From: Thermoplasmata archaeon
Lineage (GTDB): Archaea; Thermoplasmatota; Thermoplasmata; Lutacidiplasmatales; UBA184
DNA: 33,826 nucleotides
Assembly: GCA_030046135.1 (NCBI GenBank)
Contig: JASIEC010000029.1
Location: 1-33,826, forward strand
Reading direction: 5' to 3'
Positions 23,675-32,978 of the stretch are shown piece by piece. The position numbers were made by a program, and so were the translations under genes. The notes under the pieces are model-generated. The model saw only the letters and a program-made list of their open reading frames with translations. It was not told the DNA's origin and did not search any database. How positions within the stretch are numbered: the stretch's first letter is position 1; every line of letters begins with the position of its first letter.

Positions 23675-25114
23675 ATGGCCTCGTCGTCGGTCTCCCCCGG
23701 GCGGCTCGCGCCCTCGTACGTCCAGACTCCCGCGGCGGCGTTCCTGAGCTCGCTGTCGGTCGACCGGACCCTCGCGCCGTACGACCTCGCCGGGAGCATC
23801 GCGCACGCCGAGATGCTAGGTCGGACGGGGATCGTGACGCCGGGCGAGGCCGACACGCTCGTCCGCGGGCTCCGGACGATCGGCCGAGAGGTCGCGGACG
23901 GCTCGTTCCCGTGGCGCCCGGATCTCGAGGACGTCCACACCAACATCGAAGTTCGACTCACCGAGGTCGTCGGTCCGGTCGGTGGCAAGCTCCACACGGC
24001 GCGGAGCCGGAACGACCAGATCGCCCTCGACGAGCGCCTCTATCTCCGGGCGGCCGTCGCGGGGGTCGGCGCCCGCCTGCTCGCGCTCGAGGGGGCCCTC
24101 CTCGCCCGGGCGACGGAGGAGCGCGCCACCCCGATGCCGGGGTACACCCACCTACAGCGGGCCCAGCCCGGGACGCTCGGCCACCATCTCCTCGCCCATT
24201 TCTGGCGGTTCGATCGGGACCTCGATCGCCTGCTCGCCACCGCGGCGCGCTCGAGCGTCTCGCCCCTCGGGGCGGGGGCCCTCGAGGGCTCGACCCTCCC
24301 GATCGACCCGGCGTACGTCGCGGCCCGCCTGGGATTCGAGCGGACGTTCGAGAACTCCCTCGACGCGGTGAGCGACCGGGATTTCCTCGCCGAGCTCCTG
24401 TTCGACCTCGCCCTCCTCTCGGTGCACGCGAGCTCGTTCGGGGAGGAGCTCGTCGTCTTCGCCTCCCGGGAGTTCGGATTCCTCGATCGGACCTCGTCGC
24501 TCGGATCGGGCAGCAGCGCGATGCCCCAGAAGCGGAACCCGGACGTCGCCGAGCTCGTGCGGGGGAAGGCCGGACGCACGATCGGGGACCTCGTCTCCCT
24601 GCTGACGACGCTCAAGGGTCTGCCGCTCGCCTACGATCGCGACCTCCAGGAGGACAAGTCCCCCGTCCTCGACGCGGTCTCGACCGTCGAGCTCACGGTG
24701 GAAGCCCTCGCGGGGCTCGCCGAGAAGCTCCGGTTCGATCGGAGCCGACTCTCCGCGGCCGCGGGCGACCCCGAGATGCTGGCGACGGACGTCGCCGAGC
24801 ACCTCGTGGCCCGCGGAACCCCGTTCCGCGAGGCGCACGAGGCGATCGCCGCCTCGCTGCGCTCCGACGGGGAGCCGCCCGGACCGGACGAGGTCCGCCG
24901 GCGCCTGCGGGCCCTCGGTCCCGATCTGGGCCCCCTCACCGACCCGAAGGCCGCCGTCGATCGGCGAACGTCGCCCGGCAGCCCCGGCGCCGGCCCGATC
25001 GGCCACCAGCTCGAGCTCGCTCGAGGGCGGCTCCGGGCGCGCACCGAGTCCCTTTCCTCCCTTGCTCAGGCGGTCGAGTCGATCGACCGGTTGGTCCGGG
25101 AGGCACCAGCATGA
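23675..25114 (+). CDS. argH: Argininosuccinate lyase
   Basis: GKLHTARSRNDQ, GYTHLQRAQP and the fumarate-lyase signature GSSAMPQKRNPD. ATG lies 1 nt after the argG stop. Confidence 0.95.
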   Translation: MASSSVSPGRLAPSYVQTPAAAFLSSLSVDRTLAPYDLAGSIAHAEMLGRTGIVTPGEADTLVRGLRTIGREVADGSFPWRPDLEDVHTNIEVRLTEVVGPVGGKLHTARSRNDQIALDERLYLRAAVAGVGARLLALEGALLARATEERATPMPGYTHLQRAQPGTLGHHLLAHFWRFDRDLDRLLATAARSSVSPLGAGALEGSTLPIDPAYVAARLGFERTFENSLDAVSDRDFLAELLFDLALLSVHASSFGEELVVFASREFGFLDRTSSLGSGSSAMPQKRNPDVAELVRGKAGRTIGDLVSLLTTLKGLPLAYDRDLQEDKSPVLDAVSTVELTVEALAGLAEKLRFDRSRLSAAAGDPEMLATDVAEHLVARGTPFREAHEAIAASLRSDGEPPGPDEVRRRLRALGPDLGPLTDPKAAVDRRTSPGSPGAGPIGHQLELARGRLRARTESLSSLAQAVESIDRLVREAPA

Positions 25115-25272
25115 CCGAATGCCCAGAGTGTGCGGCGAGCGTCGACGGCGGCGAAAAGATCGTCGGGGAGATCTTCCCCTGCCCGGACTGCGGGACGGAG
25201 CTCGAGGTCCTCAAAACGGCCCCGTTCGCGGTCGAGCCGGCCCCGAGAGAGGCCGAGGACTGGGGTGAGTAA
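25111..25272 (+). CDS. lysW: LysW/ArgW amino-group carrier protein (53 aa; not separately listed in the ORF track)
   Basis: MTECPECAASVDGGEKIVGEIFPCPDCGTELEVLKTAPFAVEPAPREAEDWGE*. It has a CxxC...CxxC zinc ribbon plus an acidic tail ending in the conserved EDWGE. ATG overlaps the argH TGA (ATGA). Confidence 0.9.
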   Translation: MTECPECAASVDGGEKIVGEIFPCPDCGTELEVLKTAPFAVEPAPREAEDWGE

Positions 25273-26116
25273 CGGTCTCACCCTCGGGCTCTTCCTGACG
25301 ATCGTCCGCCCCGAAGAGAAGGCGATCCTCGCCGCGGCGGAACGCCGCGGCGTCCCGGTGGTGCGCTTCGACGACCGGGAGGTGACGTTCGGGCTCGAGC
25401 GGCCCGACGGCCTCCCCTCGGTCCTCCTCAATCGGAGCGTGAGCCACACCCGCAGCGTCTACGCCGGACGTTGCTTCGAGCACTACGGGGTGCCGACCGT
25501 CAACGCGCCCGACGTCCTCGAGCTCGCCGGCGACAAGGTCCGGACCTCCCTCCGGCTCCAGGAGCGGGGGGTGCCCACGCCCCGGACGGTCGTCGCGCTC
25601 TCCGCGGAGGCGGCCCGCAAGGCGATCGACTCGATCGGCTACCCCGCGGTCCTCAAGCCCGCGATCGGGTCGTGGGGGCGGCTCCTCGCGAAGGTCGACA
25701 CCGCGGAGGACGCGGAGCAGATCCTCGAGCACAAGGAGGCGCTCGCCTCCCCGATCCACTCGGTGTTCTACGTCCAGGAGTACGTGGAGAAGCCCGGACG
25801 GGACCTGCGGGCGTTCGTCGTGGGGGAGGAGGTTGTCGCCGCGATGTTCCGCCGCTCGGAGAGCTGGCGGACGAACTCGGCGCGCGGCGCGGTCGCGGAG
25901 GCCGCTCCGCTCACCCCGGAGCTCCGCGAAACCTCCCTCCGTGCCGCCGACGCCGTGGGGGGCGGGGTCCTCGCGGTCGACCTGATGGAGGGGAAGGGGG
26001 GCCTCGTCGTCCACGAGGTGAACCCGACCCCCGAGTTCAAGGCGCTCCAGGGGACGACCGACGTCGACGTCGCCGAGAGGATCGTCGACTACGCGCTCCG
26101 GCAGGGCCGACGATGA
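25265..26116 (+). CDS. lysX: LysX/ArgX RimK-type ATP-grasp ligase (attaches amino acid to LysW)
   Basis: ATP-grasp motifs: GDKVRTSLRLQERGVPTP, YPAVLKPAIGSWGR, VQEYVEKPGRDLRAFVVG, WRTNSARG and VDLME...VHEVNPTPEF. GTG 25265 overlaps the lysW end by 8 nt. Confidence 0.9.
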   Translation: MSNGLTLGLFLTIVRPEEKAILAAAERRGVPVVRFDDREVTFGLERPDGLPSVLLNRSVSHTRSVYAGRCFEHYGVPTVNAPDVLELAGDKVRTSLRLQERGVPTPRTVVALSAEAARKAIDSIGYPAVLKPAIGSWGRLLAKVDTAEDAEQILEHKEALASPIHSVFYVQEYVEKPGRDLRAFVVGEEVVAAMFRRSESWRTNSARGAVAEAAPLTPELRETSLRAADAVGGGVLAVDLMEGKGGLVVHEVNPTPEFKALQGTTDVDVAERIVDYALRQGRR

Positions 26117-27138
26117 ACGTCGCCGTCGTCGGCGGCTCCGGCTACGTCGGCGGGGAGCTCCTCCGGATCCTCCTCGGCCACCCCGACGTGACGATCGCCC
26201 AGGTCACCTCGGAGACGATGGTGGGCAAGCTTGTCTCGAAGTCCCACCCCAACCTCCGGAAGGCGACGAAGCTCACGTTCGAGTCGCGCGCGTCGCTGAA
26301 GCCGGCCGACGTGACGTTCCTCGCGATGCCGCACACGGAGTCCGCCGCCCTCGTCCCCGAGCTCCTCGCGTCGGGGGGGACCGTGATCGACCTCTCGGCG
26401 GACTTCCGGCTCAAGGATCCCCGGGCGTACGCGACCTACTACGGCACGGAGCGGACCGACACCGCGCTCCTCGCGGAGAGCGTCTTCGGCCTCCCCGAGC
26501 TCCACCGGGAAGAGCTGAGGCGCGCCCGCCTCGTCGCGGTCCCAGGGTGCATCGCGACGGCCGCGATCCTCGCGCTTCGTCCCCTCGCCGCCGCCGGGCT
26601 CCTCGGCGCCGCGCCCACGGTCGTCGACTCGAAGAGCGGCTCGTCGGCGAGCGGCCGGGACGCGGGCCCGGCGGGCCTGCACGCCGAGCGCTCGGGCGTG
26701 ATGCGCGCGTACGCCCCCGCGGGGCATCGCCACACCGCCGAGATCGAGCAGGAGACGGGGGCGAAGATCGCTCTCTCCTGCCACGGGGTGGAGGCGGTCC
26801 GCGGGGTGCTCGCGACGGTCCACGCGTTCCCGTCCCGCCCCCTCGAGGAGAAGGAGCTCTGGCAGCTGTACCGCCGGGCGTACGGCGAGGAGCCGTTCGT
26901 CCGCCTCGTTCACGAGGGCGACGGCATCCACCGCGAGCCCGAGCCGAAGATCCTCGCGGGGACGAACTACTGCGACCTCGGGTTCGCCTCCGACCCCCAC
27001 GCGGGCCGGACGGTGCTGATCGCCGCGCTCGACAACCTCGGCAAGGGCGCGGCGGGGAACGCGGTCCAGTGCCTCAACGTCCGGGCGGGCCGGCCCGAAA
27101 CCACCGGGCTCGGCTTCCTCGGGCTCCACCCGATCTAG
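26113..27138 (+). CDS. lysY: [LysW]-aminoadipyl/glutamyl-phosphate reductase (ArgC homologue)
   Basis: VAVVGGSGYVGGELLR, the catalytic-Cys region AVPGCIATA and DNLGKGAAGNAVQ. ATGA overlap with lysX. Confidence 0.9.
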   Translation: MNVAVVGGSGYVGGELLRILLGHPDVTIAQVTSETMVGKLVSKSHPNLRKATKLTFESRASLKPADVTFLAMPHTESAALVPELLASGGTVIDLSADFRLKDPRAYATYYGTERTDTALLAESVFGLPELHREELRRARLVAVPGCIATAAILALRPLAAAGLLGAAPTVVDSKSGSSASGRDAGPAGLHAERSGVMRAYAPAGHRHTAEIEQETGAKIALSCHGVEAVRGVLATVHAFPSRPLEEKELWQLYRRAYGEEPFVRLVHEGDGIHREPEPKILAGTNYCDLGFASDPHAGRTVLIAALDNLGKGAAGNAVQCLNVRAGRPETTGLGFLGLHPI

Positions 27139-27150
27139 GGGGGATCCGGG

Positions 27151-27945
27151 ATGACGATCGTGGTCAAGGTGGGGGGTGCGCCCGGGAACTCGAGCGGGCC
27201 CGTCGCCTCCGACCTCGCGGGACGGCCCGACTGCGTCCTCGTCCACGGCGGCTCGGCCGAGGTCGACCGGATCGGAACGGCGCTCGGCGCGCCGCCCGAG
27301 TACTTCACGAGCCCGAGCGGTGTCGTCTCCCGTCGGAGCGACCCCCGCCATCTCGAGGCGGTGGTGCTCGGGCTCGCGGGGAAGGTGCAGACGGACCTCG
27401 TCGCCTTGCTCGGCTCCCGGGGGATCCGAGCGATCGGCCTGTCGGGCGTGGACGGCCGCCTCCTGCTCGCGCAGCGGAAGACGGGCGTTCGGGCGCGCGT
27501 CGGCGACCGCGTGGTCCGCCTCGCCGACGACCTCGCCGGCACGATCGAGAGGGTTGACTCGACCCTCCTCACCTGGGTGCTCGGCGCGGGGTACCTCCCG
27601 GTCGTGGGCCCGCCGGCCGTGACGGCCGAGGGAGAGGTCGTGAACGTCGACGCCGACCAGGTAGCGGCCGCCGTGGCCTCCGCGCTATCGGCGACCGAGC
27701 TGGTCCTGCTCACCAACGTCCCGGGGCTGCTCCGCGACCCGAACGACCCCGCGACGCTGATCCCGCAGATCCCCGCCGGCGAGCTCGAGGCCGCCCTCCC
27801 GCTCGCCTCCGGGCGCATGCGCAAGAAGCTGTTCGCCGCCCGTGACGCGATCCGGGGCGGCGTCCGGCGCGTCGTGATCGCCTCGTCGTCCGTCGACGCT
27901 CCGATCCGGAGCGCGCTCGAGGGGCGAGGAACGGTGATCGCGTGA
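27151..27945 (+). CDS. lysZ: [LysW]-aminoadipate/glutamate kinase (ArgB homologue)
   Basis: Amino-acid kinase fold: IVVKVGG, LVHGGS, NVDADQVAAAVASAL and LLTNVPGLL. A GGGGGA SD-like sequence sits in the 12-nt gap upstream. Confidence 0.9.
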   Translation: MTIVVKVGGAPGNSSGPVASDLAGRPDCVLVHGGSAEVDRIGTALGAPPEYFTSPSGVVSRRSDPRHLEAVVLGLAGKVQTDLVALLGSRGIRAIGLSGVDGRLLLAQRKTGVRARVGDRVVRLADDLAGTIERVDSTLLTWVLGAGYLPVVGPPAVTAEGEVVNVDADQVAAAVASALSATELVLLTNVPGLLRDPNDPATLIPQIPAGELEAALPLASGRMRKKLFAARDAIRGGVRRVVIASSSVDAPIRSALEGRGTVIA

Positions 27946-29102
27946 GCGACCCCGCCGGGGCCCCCTCCCGCGAGTTCGGCGAAGGTACGAGGGCCCGGCT
28001 CTCCCTGGTCCGAGGCGAAGGGGCTTCCCTGTACGACGCGGCGGGGCGGCGCTTCGTCGACCTCGGAGCGACGCACGGTGTCGGGAACCTCGGGGCCTCC
28101 CCGCCCCGGGTCGTCCGCGCGATCCAGGCCCAGGCGGCCCAACTGATCCACCTCGGAAGCGGCTACGCAAGCCCGGTCCGGACCGCGTTCGTCGACAAGC
28201 TGCTCGGCCTCCTCCCGCCGTCGTTCGGGCGGGTGTTCCTCTCGAACTCGGGGACGGAGGCCGTGGAGGCGGCGATCAAGATCGCCCGGAGCGCGACGGG
28301 CCGCCCGAAGATCGTCGCCGCCCGACGAGGGTTCCACGGGCGCACCCTCGGCGCCCTGAGCGCGACGTGGCGGCGTGAGCTCCGGACCCCGTTCGAGCCG
28401 CTCGTGCCGGAGTTCTCGCACGTCGGCTACAACGACCCGGACGATCTCGAGACAGAGGTTGACGAGCGCACCGCGCTCCTCCTCCTCGAACCGGTCCAGG
28501 GCGAAGGAGGGGTCCACGTCGCGACGCGGGAGTACCTCCGGGCCGCCCGGGCTGCGGCGGATCGGGTCGGGGCTCTCCTCGCCTTCGACGAGGTCCAGAC
28601 CGGGATCGGCCGGACCGGCCGCCTGTTCGCGTTCCAGCACACCGAGGTCGTCCCGGATCTCCTCACGCTCGCGAAGTCCCTCGCGGGCGGGGTGCCGATC
28701 GGAGCGACCGTCACGACGCCCGAGGTCGAGGCCCGGTTCCAGGGGAGCCACCACTCGACGTTCGGCGGCAACCCCCTCGCCTGCGCCGCCGGGATCGCCG
28801 CGCTCGAGACGGTCGTGGAGGAGCACCTCGCCGAGCGGGCCGAGCGCCTGGGGGAGCTCGCCCTCGACCGGCTGCGTGGGATCCCGTCCGACCGGATCCG
28901 GGACGTCCGGGGGCTCGGGCTCCTCCTCGGGATCGAGCTTCGCGACCGGGTCGCCCCGCTCCTCGCCGCCCTCGAGGCGAAAGGGTTCCTCGCGATCTCG
29001 GCCGGCTCGACGGTGCTACGGCTCCTACCCCCGCTGGTCATCTCCGACGACGATTGGTCCGCCGGGCTCCGGGCGATCGAGGAGGCGATCGTTGGTGGAT
29101 GA
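27942..29102 (+). CDS. lysJ: Class III aminotransferase, LysJ/ArgD type
   Basis: SNSGTEAVEAAIK, FDEVQTGIGRTG, the Schiff-base Lys in TLAKSLAGG and STFGGNPLA. GTGA overlap with lysZ. Confidence 0.9.
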   Translation: MSDPAGAPSREFGEGTRARLSLVRGEGASLYDAAGRRFVDLGATHGVGNLGASPPRVVRAIQAQAAQLIHLGSGYASPVRTAFVDKLLGLLPPSFGRVFLSNSGTEAVEAAIKIARSATGRPKIVAARRGFHGRTLGALSATWRRELRTPFEPLVPEFSHVGYNDPDDLETEVDERTALLLLEPVQGEGGVHVATREYLRAARAAADRVGALLAFDEVQTGIGRTGRLFAFQHTEVVPDLLTLAKSLAGGVPIGATVTTPEVEARFQGSHHSTFGGNPLACAAGIAALETVVEEHLAERAERLGELALDRLRGIPSDRIRDVRGLGLLLGIELRDRVAPLLAALEAKGFLAISAGSTVLRLLPPLVISDDDWSAGLRAIEEAIVGG

Positions 29103-30156
29103 CGCGGAGGTCCTCCTGCGTCTCGTCCGGCCGTACAGCCCGTTCGGACGAGAGGCGGGGGCGGTCCGTGCGTTCGTGCGCGTCGCTCGGAGCCTCGGCT
29201 ACGCGGTCCGGGTCGACGCGGCGGGGAACGGCATCGCTCGACGGGGGAAGGGCCGGCCGTCGGTCCTGTACCTCGGGCACATCGACACCGTCGAGGGCCG
29301 ACTGCCGGTCCGGCGGCGAGGGGGGCGCGTCCACGGTCGGGGGACGGTCGATGCCAAGGGGCCCCTCGCCGCCGCCCTCCTCGCCGGGTGCCGGGCGCCC
29401 CAGGACGGGGAGTTCGTCGTCGTGGCGGCGGTCGAGGAGGAGCTCGACAGCCGCGGAGCCCGGCATCTCCTCGGCCGGACCCCGCCCGACGCGGTGATCG
29501 CCGGGGAGCCGAGCGGCTGGGACGGCGTCACCGTCGGCTACAAGGGAGAGCTCCAGGTCGAGGCGACGTTCCGCGGCCCTCGTACCCACTTCGCCTCGGC
29601 AGAGCCGACCGCCGCGGACCGCGCGGTCGCGTGGATCGGGGCCGTTCGCCGGCTCGTCGACGGGCAGCCGGCCGCTTCGCCGTTCCGAACGCTCACCTCG
29701 AAGGTCGTGCGCTGGGACACCGAATCGGACGCCGGGGGCGAGGTCGCCCGGGTGACGGTGGACTTCCGTCTCCCGCCGGGCCGGTCCTCGCAGGCGCTCC
29801 TCGGGGCGATCCCGCGCGACGGCTCGCCCGCCTCGATCACGCCGAGGATCCGGATGGAGCCCCTCGAGGTCGACGCCTCGAACCCCGTCGTCCGCGCCCT
29901 GATCCGCGGGATCCGCGGGGCGGGGGGTCGTCCCACCGTCTGGCGAAAGACCGGGACCTCGGACCTCAACCTCGTCGTTCCGGCGTGGGGCGTCCCCGGG
30001 GCCGCCTACGGGCCCGGCGACGCGAAGCTCGACCACACCGACCGGGAGTCGATCGCGCTCGCCGATCTCCGCCGGTCGGTCGACGTGCTCGACGTCGCGC
30101 TCGGGGAGCTCCTCGGGCCCGAGTCTACTCTTCGACGATCGGCCGGCGGTGCTTGA
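29095..30156 (+). CDS. lysK: [LysW]-lysine/ornithine hydrolase (ArgE/M20 deacylase homologue)
   Basis: M20 motifs: LGHIDTV, GRGTVDAKG, EEELDS, AGEPS and the C-terminal GPGDAKLDHTDRESI. Start GTG 29095 (or TTG 29092) overlaps the lysJ end. Confidence 0.85.
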   Translation: MDDAEVLLRLVRPYSPFGREAGAVRAFVRVARSLGYAVRVDAAGNGIARRGKGRPSVLYLGHIDTVEGRLPVRRRGGRVHGRGTVDAKGPLAAALLAGCRAPQDGEFVVVAAVEEELDSRGARHLLGRTPPDAVIAGEPSGWDGVTVGYKGELQVEATFRGPRTHFASAEPTAADRAVAWIGAVRRLVDGQPAASPFRTLTSKVVRWDTESDAGGEVARVTVDFRLPPGRSSQALLGAIPRDGSPASITPRIRMEPLEVDASNPVVRALIRGIRGAGGRPTVWRKTGTSDLNLVVPAWGVPGAAYGPGDAKLDHTDRESIALADLRRSVDVLDVALGELLGPESTLRRSAGGA

Positions 30157-31000
30157 CGAACTCCCCGCGGTCGAGCTCGCGCATCGCCTCGACGAGCTCG
30201 TCGTTCCGGTTCATCACGATCGGGCCGTACCAGGCGACCGGCTCGTGGAGAGGTCGGCCGGTCACGAACAGGAACCTCCCGCCGGCGTCCCCTGCACGGA
30301 ACCGGACCCGGGACCCCGGACCGAACAGCGCCGTCTCCCCGGGCGCGACGGGCGCGGGGTCGCCGCCGTCGAAGGACCCCGCTCCCTCGATCGCGTGGGC
30401 GAAGGCGGTCCGCCCGGGCCCCGCCGGAAGCTCGACGGTCGCGCCGGGGTCGACCCGGACATCGAGGTACGTGGGGTCGACCGGGATGCCCCGCACGGGC
30501 CCCTCGACGCCCCCGAACGTCCCGGCAACGACCTTCGCGCGCACGCCGTCTCCCGTCGAGACCTCGGGGATGTCGCGGCCGGTGAGCCCCCGGTACGCCG
30601 GGGCGCTCATCTTCTCGCGGGCGGGCAGGTTGACCCACAACTGGAAGCCGGCCATCGGACCGTCCGTCCTCTGGGGCATCTCCTGATGGATGATGCCGCT
30701 CCCCGAGTTCATCCACTGCACGTCGCCCGCGCCGATCACGCCCGAGTTGCCGAGCGTGTCGCCGTGCTCCACGCGGCCGTCGAGCACGTACGTCACCGTC
30801 TCAATCCCCCGATGGGGGTGCCACGGAAACCCGGCGAGATAGTCCTCGGGCCGGGAGGACCCGAAGCTGTCGAGCAGGAGGAACGGGTCGAACAGCGGGA
30901 CCTCGCGGTTCGCGAACGTCCGCCGGAGACGGACGCCCGCCCCCTCGATCGTCGGGACGCCGGGAAACCGCTGCGAGATCGATCGGATCGGTTCGGGCAC
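30125..31000 (-). CDS. Pirin family protein
   Basis: GFPWHPHRGIETVTYVL.G...H.D..G (cupin metal site HxH...H...E context), QWMNSGSGIIHQEMP and GFQLWVNLP. GTG start has GAGGT 8 nt upstream. Confidence 0.9.
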   Translation of the reverse strand: MPEPIRSISQRFPGVPTIEGAGVRLRRTFANREVPLFDPFLLLDSFGSSRPEDYLAGFPWHPHRGIETVTYVLDGRVEHGDTLGNSGVIGAGDVQWMNSGSGIIHQEMPQRTDGPMAGFQLWVNLPAREKMSAPAYRGLTGRDIPEVSTGDGVRAKVVAGTFGGVEGPVRGIPVDPTYLDVRVDPGATVELPAGPGRTAFAHAIEGAGSFDGGDPAPVAPGETALFGPGSRVRFRAGDAGGRFLFVTGRPLHEPVAWYGPIVMNRNDELVEAMRELDRGEFVKHRRPIVEE

Positions 31001-31080
31001 GGTCGTTACCTCAGGCCACCCAATTACCTAGGGTAACTTAAGTCCGCGCTGGTGGCCGGGCCACCTCGCTTGGGGGGCTG

Positions 31081-32043
31081 TCAGAACAGGCCGGCGTGCC
31101 GGAACGCGACCGCGAGGGCGAGGCCGAGCGCGAGACCCGACACCGGGCCCAACGACCAGCCCACGAGGATGTCCCGGACCGCCCCGCCGAAGACGGTCCG
31201 CTGACCCCGCGCGACCCCGGTCCCGAGCATCGCCCCCACCAGGACCTGGTTCATCGACGTGAAGAAGCCGAACGACGTGTACGCGAGGACGATCCCGGCC
31301 TGGGCGACCTGCGCTCCGATCGCCATCCTAGGGTCGAGCCGGACGATGCGGAAGGCGACCTTCTCAAGGAGGGGCCGCCCCCAACTCAGCACCCCGACAG
31401 CCAGCCCGGCGCCGCCGATCAGTGCGGCGGCCCCGAGGCCGAAGAGGCCGGTCATCACGAACGAGCCCGAGGCGTTCGCCACGTCGTTCGCCCCCATCGC
31501 GAACGACGCGGCGGTCCCGACGGCCGTCAGCCCCAGCATCGCCGGCCGAGCGAGGCGGGAGGAGTTCGCCCGGGGGGGCCACCCGCGGTCGGAGGCCCGC
31601 GTGATGGCATAGCCGAGGCCGAACGCCGCGACCGGGGCGATCGCCCACAGGGCGAGGAGCGTCTCGATCGTCGCCCAATCGACCCGGATCCCGGCCGCCA
31701 GCCCGGCGCCCACGGTCGAGAAGACGAAGATCTGGATCGTCGAGGTCGGGATCGTGACGAAATTGTACACGCTGGTGAGGACAAGGGCGGAAACGACGAT
31801 CGCGAGCGCCAGACCGAGGGCGACATGGCTCGTGAGGAGGATCCCGTGCCCGACGGTCGTCTCCACCGCCCCGCTGGCGAGGGCGGCGCCGACGAGCGTC
31901 GCCGGCGCCATGATCGCGAGCGCCTGCCAGGGCCGAAGGGCGCCGGCGGCGTACGGCATTCCCATGCACGCCCCCGTGTAGTGGGCCCCCATGCTGAACG
32001 CGAACGCCACCGCGGCCGCGATCAGCAGGATCGCTAGCCACAC
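31081..32043 (-). CDS. Inorganic phosphate transporter, PiT (PHO4) family
   Basis: Polytopic membrane protein containing the GANDVAN signature (MGANDVANASG) and the N-terminal FSMGAHYTGACMG half-repeat. GTG start. Confidence 0.85.
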   Translation of the reverse strand: MWLAILLIAAAVAFAFSMGAHYTGACMGMPYAAGALRPWQALAIMAPATLVGAALASGAVETTVGHGILLTSHVALGLALAIVVSALVLTSVYNFVTIPTSTIQIFVFSTVGAGLAAGIRVDWATIETLLALWAIAPVAAFGLGYAITRASDRGWPPRANSSRLARPAMLGLTAVGTAASFAMGANDVANASGSFVMTGLFGLGAAALIGGAGLAVGVLSWGRPLLEKVAFRIVRLDPRMAIGAQVAQAGIVLAYTSFGFFTSMNQVLVGAMLGTGVARGQRTVFGGAVRDILVGWSLGPVSGLALGLALAVAFRHAGLF

Positions 32044-32172
32044 GGTCCGCCGTCCTGCCGAGGGGCGTCCCCGGGACCCGGTACCGGGCTTCGAGGCGGG
32101 GGCCGGTGGCTCACGGAACGGGCTAGCGAGGGCGGCGAGATAACGGCGGGACCGGGCGGGGGCGTCCGCCGG

Positions 32173-32955
32173 TCAACCGCGGGACGGGCGGCCCCGGGGC
32201 TCCCCCCCGCGAGGGGGCAGGGCGTCGAGGAGCTTCTCGAGCAGGAGCTCGTGCTTCCGCTCGTCCGCCTCCATGCTGTCCCACAGGATCCTCATCACTC
32301 CGCCGAGGTCGGAGCCGAGGTCGATCTCGGTGGTCGCCTCCGCCTCGTGCTCGCGTTGGATCAGGTGGTCGACGTCCGCCCGGGTGATGCCGGTCGGCGC
32401 GCTCGAGACGACGCCTCGATCGAGGTAGCCTCCCAAGGATGCGACGATCTCCGCGTGGCGAAGGCTGTCCGACGCGATCTGCCGGAACAGCGCCCGTGTC
32501 AGCTCGTCCCGCGAGTGCTGCGCGAGGCGCATGCACTCGGCGACGGCGCTCTGCTCCCCCGCGATCCGGTTGCGGAGCCATCCCGGCAATCGTCGCCGGT
32601 GCTCCGGGCTCAGCCCGTCCCTCGTCGCCGGCCGAGACGGGGACCGGGGTCGATCGATCCGCTCCCCGAGCGCCACCGCGGCCTCGAGAACGGTCCGGTG
32701 GCCCGCCCCGCCGGCGGCCATCAGCTTCTCGGCGGCGCCGCGGGCGATCCGGCGCGCGTCCTCGTCCCCGAGGTACGTCGACAGGGTCGGTCCGAGTCGC
32801 TTCCCCGAGAGGTACTGGGACACCGACGACGGGACGATCCCGAGGAGGACGGCCGCTTTCCGCTCGGGAAGTCCGAACCCTTCGACGAGCTCGCGAGCGA
32901 CGAGCGCCTGCATCACCTGGACGGAGACAACGGGCGAAGGAGAGGGACGAGGCAT
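32173..32955 (-). CDS. HTH (XRE/Cro-like) domain fused to a helical-bundle (ferritin-like or PhoU-like) domain; putative regulator
   Basis: The N-terminus MQALVARELVEGFGLPERKAAVLLGIVPSSVSQYLSGKR is HTH. The C-terminal half has four predicted helices with paired acidic/His residues (EQSAVAEC, SDSLRHAE, REHEAEA, EADERKHE). An alternative start is the Met at MQALV. Confidence 0.55.
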   Translation of the reverse strand: MPRPSPSPVVSVQVMQALVARELVEGFGLPERKAAVLLGIVPSSVSQYLSGKRLGPTLSTYLGDEDARRIARGAAEKLMAAGGAGHRTVLEAAVALGERIDRPRSPSRPATRDGLSPEHRRRLPGWLRNRIAGEQSAVAECMRLAQHSRDELTRALFRQIASDSLRHAEIVASLGGYLDRGVVSSAPTGITRADVDHLIQREHEAEATTEIDLGSDLGGVMRILWDSMEADERKHELLLEKLLDALPPRGGEPRGRPSRG

Positions 32956-32978
32956 TCCCTCTCCCCGAGTGCGGCGGG

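Noticed and set aside
22381-23997. 538-aa ORF antisense to argG/argH, and similar antisense ORFs across the lys cluster (for example 26089..27351, 27135..28826, 29038..30036)
   Set aside because: They are antisense to genes with unambiguous enzyme signatures. They have no motifs and show the typical high-GC mirror-frame artefact.
31024-31036. TTACC-TAG-GGTAA inverted repeat in the AT-richer pirin/PiT spacer
   Set aside because: It has 5-bp arms only. It most likely simply forms part of the pirin promoter (AT-rich TATA region) or a PiT 3' end. There is no independent support for a specific regulatory site.
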